Positions 56,289 through 64,000 of a stretch of 64,000 nt of DNA are shown here, piece by piece (position 1 is the first letter of the stretch; every line of letters begins with the position of its first letter). The notes under the pieces were generated by a model that worked only from the letters and a program-made list of their open reading frames with translations, had not been told where the DNA came from and made no database searches. The translations under genes and the position numbers were made by a program. Source of the DNA: Gemmatimonadota bacterium. Lineage in GTDB: Bacteria; Gemmatimonadota; Gemmatimonadetes; Gemmatimonadales; GWC2-71-9. The DNA is taken from positions 756 to 64,755 of the forward strand of contig QHTK01000058.1 in NCBI GenBank assembly GCA_003220795.1, read 5' to 3'.

Positions 56289-56453
56289 CGGGAGGGTTGC
56301 TCTGGCGCCCCTGGGGCAGGATGTTCCCCCTCATGGCCAGACTGATGGCCGGCGCCGGGCTGGCCGCGTCAACACCATCTCGATCGCCGTCGCGCGGAGC
56401 CCGGAGCGCACCGCGATCTATTTGCGTGCCGGGCTCATGTTCTGACTGGAGCC

Positions 56454-57521
56454 ATGACGCTTCCGCTGCTTGAACGCGTGCCCCTTGCACCCTACACCAC
56501 CCTGGGGTTGGGCGGGCCGGCCCGGTATTTCCACGAATGCACGACCGAGGCGGAGCTGCGCCAGGCGCTCACCGCCGCGCGGGAGCGACGGCTGCGGGTG
56601 CAGATCATCGGCGGGGGCTCGAACCTCGTGGTCGCAGACGCTGGATTCCCGGGCCTCGTTCTCAAGGTCGCCATCGGCGGCGTCACGTTCCGCGACGCGC
56701 CGGACGGGGTGGAGCTCGTCGCCGGGGCGGGGGTCGAGTGGGACGGGCTGGTGCGCCAGGCGGTCGAGCGGGGATGCGCCGGGATCGAGTGCCTCTCCGG
56801 AATTCCCGGCACGGTGGGCGCGACGCCGATCCAGAACGTCGGCGCGTACGGCCAGGAGATCGCGGACAGCCTCGTGTCGGTGCGATGCCTCGAGCGCGCC
56901 AGCCTGGCCGAGGTCGTGTTCACCCACGATCAATGCGAATTCGTGTACCGCGGCAGCCGCTTCAAGGGGCGCGACCGCGACCGCTTCGTCGTCCTCGCCG
57001 TTTCCTTGCGACTGCGGCGCGACACGCTCCCGCAGGTCCGGTACGCGGAGCTCGCACAGGCGGTCAGCCGGCACGGCGGCCTGGAGCAGCTGGAGCCCGG
57101 CCCCGCCGTGCGCGTCGTGCGGCACACGGTTCTCGAGCTGCGGCGTCGCAAGTCGATGGTGCTCGACCCCGCCGACCCGAACACGCGGTCGGTCGGCTCG
57201 TTCTTCGTGAACCCGGTGCTCCCGACCGGCGCGTTCGACGAGCTCGTCCGGCGCTGGCGCGACGCCGGAGAGGTCGACCCCATCCCGACGTTCCCGGCCG
57301 ACGGCCGCGTGAAGGTGCCCGCCGCGTGGCTCATCGAGCACGCCGGGTTCGCGAAGGGATACCGGCAGGGCGGCGTGGGGATCTCGACGCGCCACGCCCT
57401 CGCCCTGGTGAATCACGGCGGCACCACGACCGAGCTGCTGGCGCTTGCCCAATCGATCGACCGGGCGGTGTATGAGCGCTTCGGCGTTCGGCTGGAGCGA
57501 GAGCCGGTGGTGGTGGAGTAG
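56454..57521 (+). CDS. murB: UDP-N-acetylenolpyruvoylglucosamine reductase
   Basis: The motifs are LAPYTTLGLGGPA, IGGGSNLV, IPGTVGATPIQNVGAYG and GSFFVNP. Confidence 0.92.
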   Translation: MTLPLLERVPLAPYTTLGLGGPARYFHECTTEAELRQALTAARERRLRVQIIGGGSNLVVADAGFPGLVLKVAIGGVTFRDAPDGVELVAGAGVEWDGLVRQAVERGCAGIECLSGIPGTVGATPIQNVGAYGQEIADSLVSVRCLERASLAEVVFTHDQCEFVYRGSRFKGRDRDRFVVLAVSLRLRRDTLPQVRYAELAQAVSRHGGLEQLEPGPAVRVVRHTVLELRRRKSMVLDPADPNTRSVGSFFVNPVLPTGAFDELVRRWRDAGEVDPIPTFPADGRVKVPAAWLIEHAGFAKGYRQGGVGISTRHALALVNHGGTTTELLALAQSIDRAVYERFGVRLEREPVVVE

Positions 57522-57629
57522 GTATTCTTCTACTGACGGCACGCGCCCCGGATCTCTTCCACCGGGAATAATCCCGACGCCCGCCCGGTCCAATAGGGAT
57601 GGAAGAACCGCAACATCCATGAGGGACGG

Positions 57630-58163
57630 TTGGAGCCGAGCCAGCTCACCCGCTTCGAGGCCGCCGTGCTACCGCACCTGGACGCCGCGTACACATTGGC
57701 GCGCTATCTGCTGCGAGACGAGCACGACGCGGAGGACGTCGTGCAGGAAGCCTACCTGCGCGCGCTCAACTACTTCGACGGGTTCCGCGGCGCGGGCCCG
57801 GTCGAGGGCCGCAGCTGGTTGCTCACGATCGTCCGCAACACCGCGTACACCTTGCGGGCCAACCGGCGCCCGGACGCGCACGCGACGGAGTTCGACGAGA
57901 CGCTGCACAGCGGGGGCAGCGAGGACGAGCATCCCGAGACGGAGTTGCTGCGCGCCGCGGACCGGGAAACGGTGCAACGCGCGCTCGACGCCCTGCCGGT
58001 GGAATTCCGCGAAGTGATCGTGCTGCGCGAGCTCCAGGACCTTTCGTACAAAGAGATCGCGGAGGTCGCCGGGATTCCGGTGGGAACGGTGATGTCACGG
58101 CTCGCCCGGGCGCGGCGGCGCCTCGAGCGGGCGATCGGGGCCGCGACGAAGGAGCGCGACTGA
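57630..58163 (+). CDS. ECF-type RNA polymerase sigma factor
   Basis: Region 2 reads AEDVVQEAYLRAL and region 4 reads LPVEFREVIVLRELQDLSYKEIAEVAGIPVGTVMSRL. A weak possible ECF-type promoter lies upstream: GGAATAA (57565-71), 17 nt, then TCCAAT (57589-94). Confidence 0.88.
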   Translation: MEPSQLTRFEAAVLPHLDAAYTLARYLLRDEHDAEDVVQEAYLRALNYFDGFRGAGPVEGRSWLLTIVRNTAYTLRANRRPDAHATEFDETLHSGGSEDEHPETELLRAADRETVQRALDALPVEFREVIVLRELQDLSYKEIAEVAGIPVGTVMSRLARARRRLERAIGAATKERD

Positions 58164-58164
58164 C

Positions 58165-58929
58165 GTGAAGCACGACGACTTCGCAGCGCAGCTCGATGCG
58201 TACGGCGACGGCGAGCTGATGGGAAACGAGGCCCGGGAGATGGAGCGGCACCTGCGCGAGTGCGCGGCATGCGCGCGCGCTCACGAGCGGCAACGCGTGC
58301 TGCGGGCGACTATGCGAGCGCAGCTGCCGGCGCTGACCGCGCCGCGGGAACTGCGCTCGCGGGTCCGGCTGGCGCTGCGAGCCGCGGCGGGGGTAACGCC
58401 CGCACGCCCCCGGCCGGAATGGCGCTGGCTTGCCGCGGCGGCGGTGCTCGTCGGTATCGTAGTCGGAACGTGGAAGATCACCGACTCGCGCGACGCGGCA
58501 AACGCGGTCGTCGACGAAGTGTTGGCGAGCCACGTGCGCGCGCTGATGGGCACGCACCTGACGGACGTCGCGTCGACCGACCAGCACACGGTGAAGCCGT
58601 GGTTCAACGGCCGCCTCGACTTTTCGCCGCCGGTGTACGACTTCGCCGGGTTGGGCTACCCGTTGATCGGAGGGCGTCTCGACTACGTCGCGGGCGGGCC
58701 GGTCGCGGCTCTCGCCTATGGACGGCGTCAGCATGTGATCGACGTTTTCCTGTGGCCGACGCAGCGCGGGTCGACGGGCGGGCCGCCGGCAGTCACGCGC
58801 CAAGGCTATCACATGCTCCACTGGTCCGCGCCGGACTACACCTACTGGGTCGTGTCGGACTTGGGCGTCACCGAGCTCGGCGAGTTCTCACGCTTGTTGC
58901 GGCAGGCCGACTCGACGGCGGCACGCTGA
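58165..58929 (+). CDS. transmembrane anti-sigma factor (zf-HC2)
   Basis: It starts 1 nt after the sigma stop. It has the H-x3-C-x2-C motif (HLRECAAC), one TM segment (WRWLAAAAVLVGIVVG) and a periplasmic domain. Confidence 0.8.
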   Translation: MKHDDFAAQLDAYGDGELMGNEAREMERHLRECAACARAHERQRVLRATMRAQLPALTAPRELRSRVRLALRAAAGVTPARPRPEWRWLAAAAVLVGIVVGTWKITDSRDAANAVVDEVLASHVRALMGTHLTDVASTDQHTVKPWFNGRLDFSPPVYDFAGLGYPLIGGRLDYVAGGPVAALAYGRRQHVIDVFLWPTQRGSTGGPPAVTRQGYHMLHWSAPDYTYWVVSDLGVTELGEFSRLLRQADSTAAR

Positions 58930-59034
58930 AACGGAGAACGGGCCCTTCCGTCAAAGAGCCCGTTCCGCATCGCCCGTCGCGCACCACCTCCTTTGATTCA
59001 GGTGTAGGCTCCCTCTGGAGGAGCACCTCCCCTC

Positions 59035-59460
59035 TCAAGGTCGTGGTCTCGGTCCCTCCCACGGCGGACCACCGCCGAACCGTGGGCGGTCGAGGCGCCG
59101 TTCCAGGTCCGCATAGCGCGTCCGTTGCGCCGGCGTGAGCTGCGCGCTGATCTCCGCGCTCATTCTCGACCGCACCGAATCGAATTGCGGATGGACCTGG
59201 CGCCAGATCTTCTCGAGGTCGGCGCGGTGTCGCTCGAGAATCGCTCGTACCGAGTCGCGCTGCGTCGCCGTAAGGTCCAACCGCTCGCTCAGGAAGCCGA
59301 TCATGCCGTCCGGTCCCGGCGGACCTGCTCGCAACGCCCAGCCCCGCGGCCCACCGTGCGCCCGCGTCCCGAGCACCCACCCGAACAACCCGCCCGCCGC
59401 GAATGTCGCCACGAGCGCTGTGATCGCCCAAAATCGGGATTGCTGGAGCATGGCACCCAC
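59035..59460 (-). CDS. periplasmic LTxxQ-motif protein (Spy/CpxP/ZraP family)
   Basis: It has a signal anchor and two LTxxQ motifs (LDLTATQRD and AQLTPAQRT). Confidence 0.7.
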   Translation of the reverse strand: MGAMLQQSRFWAITALVATFAAGGLFGWVLGTRAHGGPRGWALRAGPPGPDGMIGFLSERLDLTATQRDSVRAILERHRADLEKIWRQVHPQFDSVRSRMSAEISAQLTPAQRTRYADLERRLDRPRFGGGPPWEGPRPRP

Positions 59461-59461
59461 C

Positions 59462-59827
59462 TCAGTTCGCTAACATCGAGGCGAACAGGGCACTCGGGTC
59501 GGGCGCGCGGTGTGTCGCGAGCAGCTCGGCGGCCGCCTCGCTCCCGGTGGCGGAAGTCACCCACACCGTGTCGAACGAGGTTGCGACATCGCGCTCTCTG
59601 CCGGCGAGATACCCGCCCAGGAACGCCAGCACGACCGCCGCCGCGATCGCGAAGCGGCTCCACCGCCCCAGCACCGCCCGCCAGGTCCCCACGCCGGCCG
59701 CCTCGGCGCGCGCGAGCACGTGCGTCACGAACTCCGCCGTGTCCTCGCGCGCGGTGAGTGCCGCCCACAGCGCGTCGCCGAGCGCGGCATCAGGGTGGTC
59801 CGGAGACCACAGGGGCTCTTGTCTCAC
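59462..59827 (-). CDS. small membrane protein, probable cognate anti-sigma factor
   Basis: It overlaps the sigma gene by GTGA. It has one TM segment (FAIAAAVVLAFLGGYLAG) and no zinc motif. The role is inferred from position only. Confidence 0.5.
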   Translation of the reverse strand: MRQEPLWSPDHPDAALGDALWAALTAREDTAEFVTHVLARAEAAGVGTWRAVLGRWSRFAIAAAVVLAFLGGYLAGRERDVATSFDTVWVTSATGSEAAAELLATHRAPDPSALFASMLAN

Positions 59828-60405
59828 CGGTCCTCCTTCAAGTCGTCCAACAGCGCCCGCAGCTTGCGCCGGGCGTGAAACACAGCCGATCGCACGGTCC
59901 CCGACGCCACGCCCAGGATCTCCGCAATCTCGGCATGTGAATAGCCCTCGACGTCGAACAGCACGACCGCCACCCGGTAATGCTCCGGCAGCTCGTCCAG
60001 CGCCGCCCGCAGACGGTCGCCGAGCGCGAGACGCTCGGTTTCGGCGTCGGGGAGCGGGCCGCCCGCCGCCAGATCGTCCCCTAACACGCGGGTCTCCCGA
60101 ACCGACCGACGGCGGCGGCGGTCGATCGCCGCGTTGGCCGCGATCCGCAACAGCCACGGGCCGAACGGCCGGGCGGGGTCGTAGCGGTCCAGCTTCACCA
60201 GCGCCGTCAGCACTCCGTCCTGCGCCGCGTCCTCCGCATCGTCCACGTTTCCCAGGATGGCGCGCGTGATGCGGCGCACCGACCCCGCATACGCCTCCAC
60301 CAGCATGCCGAGCGCCGCCCGATCTCCCGCGAGCGCGCGCGCGACGAGCGCGGGCTCGTCCACCCTTGCCTGGCCAGATCGGTCCCGGTCGGGCAGCGCG
60401 CTCAT
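59824..60405 (-). CDS. ECF-type RNA polymerase sigma factor
   Basis: Region 2 reads AEDAAQDGVLTAL and region 4 reads LPEHYRVAVVLFDVEGYSHAEIAEILGVASGTVRS. The start is placed at ATG 60405; the track's extension was rejected. Confidence 0.88.
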   Translation of the reverse strand: MSALPDRDRSGQARVDEPALVARALAGDRAALGMLVEAYAGSVRRITRAILGNVDDAEDAAQDGVLTALVKLDRYDPARPFGPWLLRIAANAAIDRRRRRSVRETRVLGDDLAAGGPLPDAETERLALGDRLRAALDELPEHYRVAVVLFDVEGYSHAEIAEILGVASGTVRSAVFHARRKLRALLDDLKEDR

Positions 60406-60558
60406 GCTGGTGTATACGGGGGCTCCTCCGGGGATGCTGAAAGCCCGGAAACGGCCGATGGGCGCTAGCCGGTCAGCGCCGTACCGCCGGTCGCCGTAGT
60501 TTGCACCTGGGTCTCGGCTTGTCCGTTGCATTCCGAACTGAACGAAGGGAGCGGGTGT

Positions 60559-61098
60559 ATGCGCGCCACCGTCACGAGCGCGACCGTCATCGTTTTGGCC
60601 GCGTGCATGGGGGCTCCGGGGGGTGGAGGAAGTGAGCCGGGCCGTGGCGGCAGGTTCGGGCCGCCGGGTGGCCTGGAGCCGACCCAGCCCCGCTACATCA
60701 ACCCCGGCACGCTCGCGGCGCTCCCGGGGTTCACGCACGCGGTGCGCGTGGGCGCGACGCTCTACATCTCGGGTGAGGTGGCCCTCGACTCGACCGGGCA
60801 GCTCGTCGGCCCCGGCGACCTGCGCGCCCAGGCCCGGCAAGCGTTCGCCAACCTCGCGTTCGTCCTGAAGATCGGAGGAGCAACGCCCGCCGACGTCGCG
60901 AAGCTCACGATCTACGTCGTGAACTATTCACCGCACGACTTCGCGGCCATCCGGGAAGCCGGAGCGGAGTTCCTTCCGGCCCGCAATCCGCCCGCCGGGA
61001 TCGTCGTGGGGGTGCAATCACTTCCGCTGGAGGGAATGCTGATCGCGGTGGACGCCACGGCCGTGGTGCGGGCGATGTTCCAGCCGCGGGTGCGGTGA
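60559..61098 (+). CDS. RidA/YjgF/UK114-family protein with an N-terminal lipoprotein signal
   Basis: The lipobox is VIVLAAC, followed by a Gly-rich linker. The RidA core reads AVRVGATLYISGEVALD...ANLAFVL...VVGVQSLP. Confidence 0.8.
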   Translation: MRATVTSATVIVLAACMGAPGGGGSEPGRGGRFGPPGGLEPTQPRYINPGTLAALPGFTHAVRVGATLYISGEVALDSTGQLVGPGDLRAQARQAFANLAFVLKIGGATPADVAKLTIYVVNYSPHDFAAIREAGAEFLPARNPPAGIVVGVQSLPLEGMLIAVDATAVVRAMFQPRVR

Positions 61099-61184
61099 CG
61101 TCTGGCCGCGGCGCGTGCAACCAACTGCGTCGTCTGCACGTCTTACGAATCAAGCCTTGCTTGACCCAAACAACGGAGCGTCCG

Positions 61185-61700
61185 ATGAGCTCACGCACGA
61201 GAACCCTGCACGCGGCGCTCGCCGCCCTGGTCACGGCCTGCGCCGCCGCGCACCAGCCACCCGTGCCCATAGCGGGAACTGCCGGGGACATGGCCGCGCT
61301 GGCGGGGCAATGGGAGGGGTCGTACTCGAGCGCATCCACCGGCCGGAGCGGCAGCATCTCTTTCACACTGTCCGCCGGCAATGACAGCGCCTTCGGCGAC
61401 GTGATCATGATTCCCCGCGGCTGGGGTCGCCCGCTCCAGGCGTGGAACGGCCAAGCATCGGCGGGCACCGACGCGCGGCCCCGCAGCGCGGTGTTGACGA
61501 TCAGCTTCGTGCGGGTGATTGGCGGCCGCGTGACCGGCACGCTCGCACCCTACGCCGACCCCGAGACCGGGGCGCAGCTCTCCACGACCTTCAAAGGGCG
61601 ACTGGACGGCGACACGATCGCAGGCACGTACTCGACCCGCGGGGCTGGCTCGGGCGACCCGCAGACCGGGCAGTGGACGGTCACGCGTCGCCGGGGATGA
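61185..61700 (+). CDS. hypothetical lipoprotein
   Basis: GGAG lies upstream of ATG 61185. The lipobox is ALVTAC. I recognise no family. Confidence 0.5.
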   Translation: MSSRTRTLHAALAALVTACAAAHQPPVPIAGTAGDMAALAGQWEGSYSSASTGRSGSISFTLSAGNDSAFGDVIMIPRGWGRPLQAWNGQASAGTDARPRSAVLTISFVRVIGGRVTGTLAPYADPETGAQLSTTFKGRLDGDTIAGTYSTRGAGSGDPQTGQWTVTRRRG

Positions 61701-61719
61701 AGCATCGTTCGCCCGCCCC

Positions 61720-62823
61720 TCAATGCCGTGGCAGCACCGGCACGAACGACAAAATGATGGAGACGGCGATCAGCACGATGATGATCCACTCGAGGATCTC
61801 CATCCGGCGGCTCGCCGTCCGGTCCGCCATCTTGGCGTAGATACTGTCGATCGTCTGCAGCTTACGGGTGATGCTCGCGTCCCATTCGCCGAGATGGAAG
61901 CGCCGGGACGCGAGCGAGTACACGCGCGCCAGGTACTGATCGCCCACCAGCTTCAGCGCGTTGGTCACCTGCTCGAACAGGATCGCGCCGTCGAGCTGCA
62001 GCCGGGCCAGCCGCCGCAGATCCGGCCCGTCGCGCCCCGGGGCGCCGATCCGCGTGGGCGGCGGTTGGAGCAGCTCGTACGCCCGATCCAGCACATCGTC
62101 GAGCTGCTGGTCCAAGAAGCGCATCTCGAGCAGCTGGATGTTGGCAAACTCGAGCACGGCGCGCACGTCGTCCCCCTCGGCGTCGAACAGCAGCGTCGCG
62201 TCGGTGTCGATGAACGTCGCGTCGTCGGGACCGAACGAGAGCCGCGAGGTCGTCGCATCGGCGACCTCCTGCTGTGACAGCGTGCGCGGCTCCGCGCGCA
62301 GCACTTGAGCGACGGTGTGCGCGTGCTCGGTCCACAGCGCGGACGCCGGGCAGGGCGCGGCGAACGCCTCGATCTCGAAGATCGAGTAGTCCTCCACGAC
62401 ATCCGCGATGCGCGGTCGCACGGCCGCGTCCCCCACCGTCGCCATCAGCTCCTCCACGTGACGGCGGGCATCGGCCACGAGCCGCTCGTTCCCCCACAGC
62501 TCGTACGCCAGCGCCGGCAGTCCCATCAGCGGTCCCTCGATCGACAGGGCATAGCTTGCCGAGATTGCGCCGAAGTCGTACAGCACCAGCTCGAGCGTCG
62601 GGGCCGTGCGGTAGGCGCCCAGGACGTGCGCGTCCCCTTGCCGCGTCACGCGCAACGGCGCCGGCCGGTACTCGAAGTTCGCGGGCGCGCGCCGCCGCTG
62701 CTTGACCGTCTGGCGCTCGGTGCCGGCGAGAATGCGGCGCTCGGCCGCGTCCAAGTCGATCGCCCGCGCCACGTCGAATGCGAACAGGGGAAAACAGGTC
62801 CCCTTCGCGATCACCGGGTCCAT
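61720..62823 (-). CDS. DUF155/RMD1-like protein with a C-terminal TM helix
   Basis: The start is ATG 62823, a 13-nt overlap with the upstream GH57 gene. The ending (RRMEILEWIIIVLIAVSIILSF) and overall layout resemble the YagE/RMD1 family. The assignment is from memory. Confidence 0.55.
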   Translation of the reverse strand: MDPVIAKGTCFPLFAFDVARAIDLDAAERRILAGTERQTVKQRRRAPANFEYRPAPLRVTRQGDAHVLGAYRTAPTLELVLYDFGAISASYALSIEGPLMGLPALAYELWGNERLVADARRHVEELMATVGDAAVRPRIADVVEDYSIFEIEAFAAPCPASALWTEHAHTVAQVLRAEPRTLSQQEVADATTSRLSFGPDDATFIDTDATLLFDAEGDDVRAVLEFANIQLLEMRFLDQQLDDVLDRAYELLQPPPTRIGAPGRDGPDLRRLARLQLDGAILFEQVTNALKLVGDQYLARVYSLASRRFHLGEWDASITRKLQTIDSIYAKMADRTASRRMEILEWIIIVLIAVSIILSFVPVLPRH

Positions 62824-64000
62824 GGGATCTCGATCCGCGCCTCGCCCAGCGCCGCCGGCCAGCGCGGCGTCAGCGAGCGCCCCTGCACCGTTTCGTCCAG
62901 CCCACGCTCCGACTTGGACACCGTGGCGATGGGAAACGACCATACGTCGGCTTCCGGCGCACACATGAGCTCGAGCGGGTGCGCGAGCGAGATCTCGGGG
63001 GCGAACCACGCGGTCGCCGGCAGCCGCGCCGCGTCCCAGCGGTAGGTCACGGTCAACCCGCCGCCGGCGGCGAAGCGGAGTCGCTTCTCGAGCCCGAGCG
63101 CCCGGCACGTGACCTCGACCGCCTCGCCCGTGGCGCGCACCTCTGCCGCGACGGGCTCCGCCGCCCAGGACACGACCGGTTCGTACTCGCCGCTCGCGTA
63201 CACGTCCAGGGTCAGGTCGGCGGGCAGCACGCGGTCGACGAACAGCGCGCGCCCGTCGCGATCGACCGGCGGCAGCCGGTCGAGCCGCACCCGCTTCTCG
63301 ATGTCGTGAATGCTGGGCGCGCCGCTCTCGCCCCCATCCGCCCCGTCGGGCACGGGCGCGGCGGCTTGCGCCGCCTCCTCGCGCGCGAGCGCGTGATAGG
63401 CTTCGAACCGCCGCGTCACCACGGCGGCGTAGTTAACCCCGTTGCCGAAGCGCGTGTACTCCTCGATCACACCACCGCGCCGCGGGCTCACGACGGCCGA
63501 GAACCCGGCCGCATGGATCCAGATCTCCTCGAACCCGTCGCCGTCCAGGTCCACGCGCTCGACGGCGAGCGGCGCGCCGCGCCGCAGCTCGCCCTCGGCC
63601 AGCGCGAGCTGGTGCCAGATGGCATGTCGCAGATGCGGCAGGTACAGGCCTCCGAACACGCCGTGCCAGTACGCGTCGTTGCACTGCGCGCGGCCGATCG
63701 CCCGGCGCGCCGCCGCCGGCTCGCCCGCGCGCCGGCACAACGCCGACAGCGCCTGCATCTTCTTGTGCATCCGGTTCGACTCGGGATAGCGCACGAAGAA
63801 ATTCCGCCAGTGCGCCCCCCGCACCAGCGCACCGTCGGGACCGGCGAGCCGCTCCTCCCCCAGGTCGCGCTCGAGTCGCGCCAGTCTGAGCGCGGCATCG
63901 GGCGGCAGCGCCCAGCCCTCCATCTCGCGGTACGACGCCGTCGGCAGGTAGGCGAGTCCGCCGCTGGGCACCTCGGCCAGGGCGGTCGCCGGCGTCGTGA
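62811..64000 (-). CDS. glycoside hydrolase family 57-type alpha-glucan enzyme, C-terminal part (gene runs off the window end)
   Basis: The motifs YREMEGWALP, WRNFFVRYPESNRMHKKM and CNDAYWHGVFGGLYLPHLR are typical of GH57 amylase / 4-alpha-glucanotransferase C-terminal regions (DUF1925/DUF1926). The reading frame stays open to position 64000. Confidence 0.75.
   Translation of the reverse strand, partial: TTPATALAEVPSGGLAYLPTASYREMEGWALPPDAALRLARLERDLGEERLAGPDGALVRGAHWRNFFVRYPESNRMHKKMQALSALCRRAGEPAAARRAIGRAQCNDAYWHGVFGGLYLPHLRHAIWHQLALAEGELRRGAPLAVERVDLDGDGFEEIWIHAAGFSAVVSPRRGGVIEEYTRFGNGVNYAAVVTRRFEAYHALAREEAAQAAAPVPDGADGGESGAPSIHDIEKRVRLDRLPPVDRDGRALFVDRVLPADLTLDVYASGEYEPVVSWAAEPVAAEVRATGEAVEVTCRALGLEKRLRFAAGGGLTVTYRWDAARLPATAWFAPEISLAHPLELMCAPEADVWSFPIATVSKSERGLDETVQGRSLTPRWPAALGEARIEIPWTR

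Overview
This is a very GC-rich, tightly packed bacterial chromosomal segment with about 65 supportable protein genes on both strands. Many neighbouring genes share 1-4 nt start/stop overlaps (ATGA/GTGA), which points to long, translationally coupled operons. Most of the content is core or envelope metabolism: gyrA, a threonine/serine dehydratase, acnA, murB, thyX, rnhA, dCMP deaminase, ggt, and thiolase plus 3-hydroxybutyryl-CoA dehydrogenase. Also present are two amidohydrolases, an arsR-arsM-arsC operon, three ECF sigma/anti-sigma modules and a GAF-PAS histidine kinase. The remainder includes HtrA, an ABC exporter, a Tet-like MFS pump next to an EF-G paralogue, and a DUF1800/DUF1501 pair. 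I recognised no rRNA, tRNA, CRISPR array, transposase, integrase or phage gene. All calls rest on reading the translations and DNA by eye, with no searches run, so family names come from remembered motifs. There are four main leads. (1) selD is a selenoprotein gene. The ORF track splits it at an in-frame TGA (14719-14721) that sits exactly at the catalytic Cys/Sec position and is followed by a SECIS-like hairpin. (2) A tightly coupled four-gene cassette (30765-34374) encodes two non-canonical Ddl-like ATP-grasp ligases, a GNAT and a KamA-type radical-SAM 2,3-aminomutase, behind its own promoter-like leader. I cannot match it to a characterised pathway; it looks like a beta-amino-acid (beta-lysine?) peptide or conjugate pathway. 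(3) Short tandem heptamer arrays (GCGGAAY, GGGGGAA, GGKGTCC, CAGAYRT) recur at gene boundaries. Two of them form long inverted hairpins and two form G-quadruplex-type G-runs at translation start regions. (4) An ECF anti-sigma factor carries a periplasmic thioredoxin fold with a CxxS motif and lies directly upstream of selD. The many long antisense or out-of-frame ORFs in the track (Arg/Pro/Gly/Ala-rich) are GC-content artefacts and were rejected.
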